Assembly (NCBI GenBank): GCA_025594325.1
Contig: JANHCV010000010.1
Span: 1,302,001 to 1,366,000 of the forward strand
From: Blastocladiella emersonii ATCC 22665
Lineage: Eukaryota > Fungi > Blastocladiomycota
DNA length: 64,000 nucleotides
Direction of reading: 5' to 3'
A program made the translations under genes and the position numbers. The notes under the pieces are model-generated. The model was not told the origin of the DNA and did no database searches. It saw nothing but the letters and a program-made list of their open reading frames with translations. This document shows positions 59,671-64,000 of this stretch, piece by piece (the first letter of the stretch is position 1; every line of letters begins with the position of its first letter).

Positions 59671-62600
59671 ATGCCCGTGCGACTCGAGCAACCGCCACCC
59701 GGGACGCACCCGGGGTCGAGCGGGAAACCCGGGGCCGCCGGCGTGCCGCACGTCGAGTTCAGGACGACCGATGGACCGCCCGCCGCGCCGTCCGCGGCGT
59801 CGATCGAGGCGCGCCACCAGGCCCTCATGCAGGCCGCGTGGCAGCGCACCATGACGCGGATGCCGTCGCGGCTACCCGCGGCAACACCCGCGGGACCCGA
59901 CTCGTGGGTGCCTGACGTGGACACGCTGCTCGACTCGCTGCTCGCCGTGTACCACGACGTCAAGGCGGTCGCTGGCGAGAACGTCAACTTTGCGCGGTTT
60001 GCCAAGCAGTGTACGTTCGGCGTTCGTGATCCGTTGCCGAGGAGTGTTCTCACTGCTCTGCCCTCCATAGTCGAGCCCGTGGCCCAGTACCTCGACGGCG
60101 TCCGGATCAACGCCGCCGACTTTGAGGTCGTCCAGAAGCTGGCCTCTGGAGCCTTCGGGATGGTACGGATATCGGTCACCGACCTCTGTTCGAGGCGCTA
60201 ACAAAGCCGCTCGCATAGGTGTCGCTGGTTCGTGGTCGCCATGACGGCAAGCTGTACGCGCTCAAGGCCCTGCGCAAGTCGACCGTGGTCAAGCAAGAGG
60301 TACAGCCGACTCTCACGCGCGCTCCACACGGTCCTCTCTAACAACTCGCGTGATCGTAGAACGTCTTCTTCATGGAGGAGCGCGACGTCATGGCTTTCAC
60401 CGACTCGTCGTGGATCACGACGCTGTACGCGGCGTTCCAGGACGAGCAGCACCTGTACCTGGTCATGGAGTACCTTCCGGGCGGCGACCTGATCTCGCTG
60501 CTCGAGTCGCGCGACAACACGTCGCTGACCGAGTCCGAGGCGCGCTTCTACATGGCCGAGTTGGTCGTCGCCGTGGCCGAGCTACACGCGCGGTCGTTTG
60601 CGCACCGCGACCTCAAACCGCACAACATCCTGATCGACCGCGACGGCCACATTAAGCTCGCCGACTTTGGGTCGTGCATCCAGGTCGGCCCCGACAAGCG
60701 CATCCGGTCGCAGGTCTCGGTCGGCACGCCCGACTACATCTCGCCCGAGGTGCTGTCGGCGCAGGAGGGCCGCGGCACCACGTACGGCGTCGAGTGCGAC
60801 TGGTGGGCCGTCGGCGTCGTCCTGTACGAGATCCTGTGCGGCGACCCGCCCTTCTACGCCGAGTCGCTCTCCGAGACCTACGCCAACATCCAGCAGCACA
60901 AGGGCGACCTCGAGTTTGACGACGAGCTCGGGCTGTCGGACGAGGTCAAGGACCTCATGAACCGGTACGGCCCATCGGCTCGGCACTCCGTCAACGTAAT
61001 CGTGACTCTCACTGTTCGTCCCATAGGCTCCTCTCGCGCTTCGAGTCCCGCCTGGGCCGCAACGGCGTGGCCGAGATCCAGCAGCACCCGTGGTTCGCGG
61101 GCATCGACTGGTCGAACCTGCGCGGGATGCCGCCACCGTTCATCCCGGAGCTCGAGTCGGAGACCGACACGCGCTATTTCCCGCAGGACGACGACGATGA
61201 CGACCACCCGCCTGGCCGCCCGTCAACGGCGCCGCAGCGCGGGTTCGCCGGCGCTCACCTCCCGTTCGTCGGGTACACGTACCTCCGCACAGCCGGCACG
61301 GGGGCCGGTGCGGCACCGCCCGAGGTCCCGCAGGCTGCAGTTCGCGCAGCCCCGGCTGCTGCACCGGTGGTCGCTGCACCGGCACCGGCGGCGACCATGA
61401 CCCAGACCCGTTCCCGGTCCAGCACCCTGTCGCGCGGCATCGACACGTCGGCGCTGCGCGAGCTCGAGTCGCAGCTCGCCTCGGCAACCGCTGCCGCAGC
61501 CGATGCCGCGTCCCGCGCATCGCAGCTCGCGCTCGACCTGGCCACTGCACGGGCCGACGCAGCCGACGCCCGGTCGCTCGTCGAAACCGTGCGCACCGAG
61601 TCGACCGCCGCGCTCGAGTCGGCGCAGCGCGACGTCCAGCAGCTGCGCGCCCGCGCCGAAGCCGCCGAACGGCACGCGGGGCAGCTGACGGCCGACCTCG
61701 CGGCAGCGCGCACGGCATCCGCGCGGGCCGAGGACGACGTAGCAGCGCTCCGCGCGCAGCTCAAGCGGTCGCACCTGGACCTGATCGCGTCGCAGGGCGC
61801 GGCGTCGTCGGCGCGGTCCGAGCTCGCCGACGTGCAGCGGCAGCTCGACGCGGCGGTCGCCGCGCGCGAGCGCGATGCCGCGCGCCACGCGTCGGAGCTC
61901 CACCACGCGAGCGAGGCGGCGGCGGCGCAGAAGGCTGAGGTAGCGTCGCTCATCAAGGCGGCGACCAAGCTCGAGATCGAGCTGCGGTCCGTCCAGCGCG
62001 AGACCCAGGCGCACGAGATGGAAGCCAACTCGGTGATGCGGTCGGTCCAGGAGGATCTGGTCGCGGCGCGCAGCGAGCTCGCGAGCGAGCGCGAGAAGGC
62101 GGCGGCGATGGCGGCCGAGATCGCGACGCGCCGGTCGCGCGAGGCCGAGCTCGATGCGGCCGTCGCTGACTGGGCGCACCGGTGTGCTGACGCGACGGCG
62201 GCGGCGGACGACGCGCGGCGCCAGCTCGCCGAGGCCCGCGCACGGGAGGAGGACCGTGTGGCAGCGCTGTCGGCGGCCGAGGCCAATGCGGCCGACCTGC
62301 AGCGTGCCCTCCGCGACCGCGACGCACACGTTTCCCTGCTCGGCGCTGCCGTCAACCGGCACGAAAGCACGGCCGTGTCTTCGGCCGCCGCCATCGAGGC
62401 GCTGCGCGGCGAGCTCGCCGCGGTGCGGGCAGCCAAGACGCAGGAGCGCACTGCGTCCGAGCGGCGACTCGCCGAGGACCTCGCCCTCGCGCGCGAGAAG
62501 ACGCGGCTGCAGGCCGAGGACATTGACCGGCTCACGGGCCGGATCAAGATGCACGAGGAGACCATCTTCAAGCTGCAGGAGCGTCTGGTGGCGCTCGACA

Positions 62601-64000
62601 CGGCGGGCATGGGCGTGAGCTCGACGAGCGTGACGGGCAACGGCGCCGACAAGCCGGGCAAGCGGCTCAAGACCGAGCACCGCGACCTGCAGCAGCGGTT
62701 CGCCGAGACCCAGGCGCGGCTCACCGACACGGAGAAGGAGCTGCAGGAGGCGCGCGCCGCGCTGGTCCAGGCCCAGGCCATGTCGTCCAAGACGTCGCTC
62801 ATGACCACGACCTCGGGCGCATCCGCCGTCATCGCCGAGAGCCCCAACGAGGACCCGAACGCGTCTTCGGCCGGCGGCGGCGTCCGTAATCGCCTGCTCA
62901 CGCGCCGCGGAACGCTCCTGTCTAAGATGAAGCGCGAGCTCAAGAAGTCGCCCACGTCCAACGGGGTCGGCGCGGGGCTCTCGTCCTCGACGTCGCCCGG
63001 CAGCGTGGGGACCGGGTCCGCCGTGTCGTCGCCGTTCCCGAGTAGTCTCGGCGGCGCAGGGACCCCGCTCGGATCGCCGTACGGGTTCGGCACGTCGTCG
63101 TCGAGCGGCGGCGGCGAGGGCCACGCGGGGCTCCGCGGGTGGCTCAAGATCCCGAAAAAGGACGGGTTCCTGCGCCACGGGTGGAAGTGGAAGTACTTTG
63201 TCGTCCGTGACTACGTGCTGTACATGTGGGACAAGGAGCGCGAGGTCGACAGCCACGAGGGCGCGCTCGTCGTCGACTTGCGGTACGTTATCATGCGACT
63301 CTTCTCCTAGCGGCTCGAGACTGACTCATGTGCCGTGCTCGTGTAGCATCGACCTGTTCGCGGTCATGTGCGTCAACCCGCACGACCTGTACCACGTCAC
63401 GACCAAGGAGATCCCGTGCATCTTCAAGATCCAGGCGCTCACGAGCCCGTCAACTCCGGGCAGCGCGACGCTCGCCAACCAGATGGCGGCGACCTCGATG
63501 CCGTCGCTCAGCATGTCGGGCGGCCGCGGCAGCGCCACGCTCGCGCAGCTGCACCACCAGAGCAACAACAACCTGCTCGCCGGCTCCACGTCGCCCGGCC
63601 CCGTCGTCGTGACGGCCGACGACGCGACCTCGGTCACCTCGACGGGCACCAACAACCACAACGGCCCCGCCGCGGCGGCTGCAGCGGCCGCGGCCATGAT
63701 CGAGGCGCTCGAATCGCGCATCAAACAGCACCGCGACAAGCTCGAGGTCGAGACCAAGATGCTCGCCGCGGCCGACCGCCTGGTCCTCGTGTCCAAGGGC
63801 GCCGCGCGCATGACGGCCACGCAGCAGTACCAGCAGACACGCGACCGCATCGAGATCCTGGAGACCGAGCTGGCCGCCCTGACGCGGCAACATGAGGTCG
63901 CCGTGACGGCTGCGGCCGCTGCCGCCGCTGCGGCGCAGGAGCCACCAAGGCCGCCGTCGCCGTCGGAGCCCTCGTCCGTCTCGGCCAGCGTGTCGGAGGC
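59671..64000 (+). CDS. DMPK/MRCK/ROCK-family kinase with coiled coil, PH and HR1-like domains, 3'-partial; exons 59671-60010, 60071-60162, 60219-60299, 60360-60964, 61027-63282, 63347->64000
   Basis: [62 protein letters not shown], long coiled coil, PH segment LRGWLKIPK...WKWKYFVV...KEIPCIFKI. Confidence 0.92.

Noticed and set aside
1-64000. tRNA, rRNA, telomere repeats, LTR or TIR pairs
   Set aside because: None were recognised by eye; tRNAscan-SE, Infernal and an LTR/TIR finder would be needed to exclude them.

Overview
GC-rich eukaryotic genomic DNA. Its short spliceosomal introns (about 45-175 nt; donors such as GTACGT/GTGCGT, GCTAAC/GCTGAC branch points, YAG acceptors) are fungal in style. 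The gene set (Na+/K+-type P2C ATPase, PRL phosphatase, ROCK/MRCK-like kinase, OSR1-like kinase, NDUFA4) suggests an early-diverging zoosporic fungus, possibly Blastocladiomycota; this taxonomy is inference. Intact core genes with strongly G/C-ending codons are: AGC1-type carrier (partial), heme oxygenase, P2C ATPase, RNF126-like RING E3, RPN2, MAK21/NOC1, STE20 kinase, ARPC4, NDUFA4, delta-6-type desaturase, Ctr copper transporter, PRL and a ROCK-like kinase (partial). They are interleaved with accessory or decaying DNA: a six-member family of beta-rich (MATH-like)-BTB genes sharing a 12-15 nt first micro-exon (two intact, four damaged); an RNase H-bearing non-LTR retroelement relic; an ADP/ATP carrier pseudogene beside an ABCG pseudogene; F-box-like/ankyrin-like genes (one with LRRs); a DUF4470 gene; and an 8-kb gene-poor stretch. 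No tRNA, rRNA or CRISPR array was recognised. Exon coordinates were derived by hand, and domain names come from motif recognition rather than database searches.
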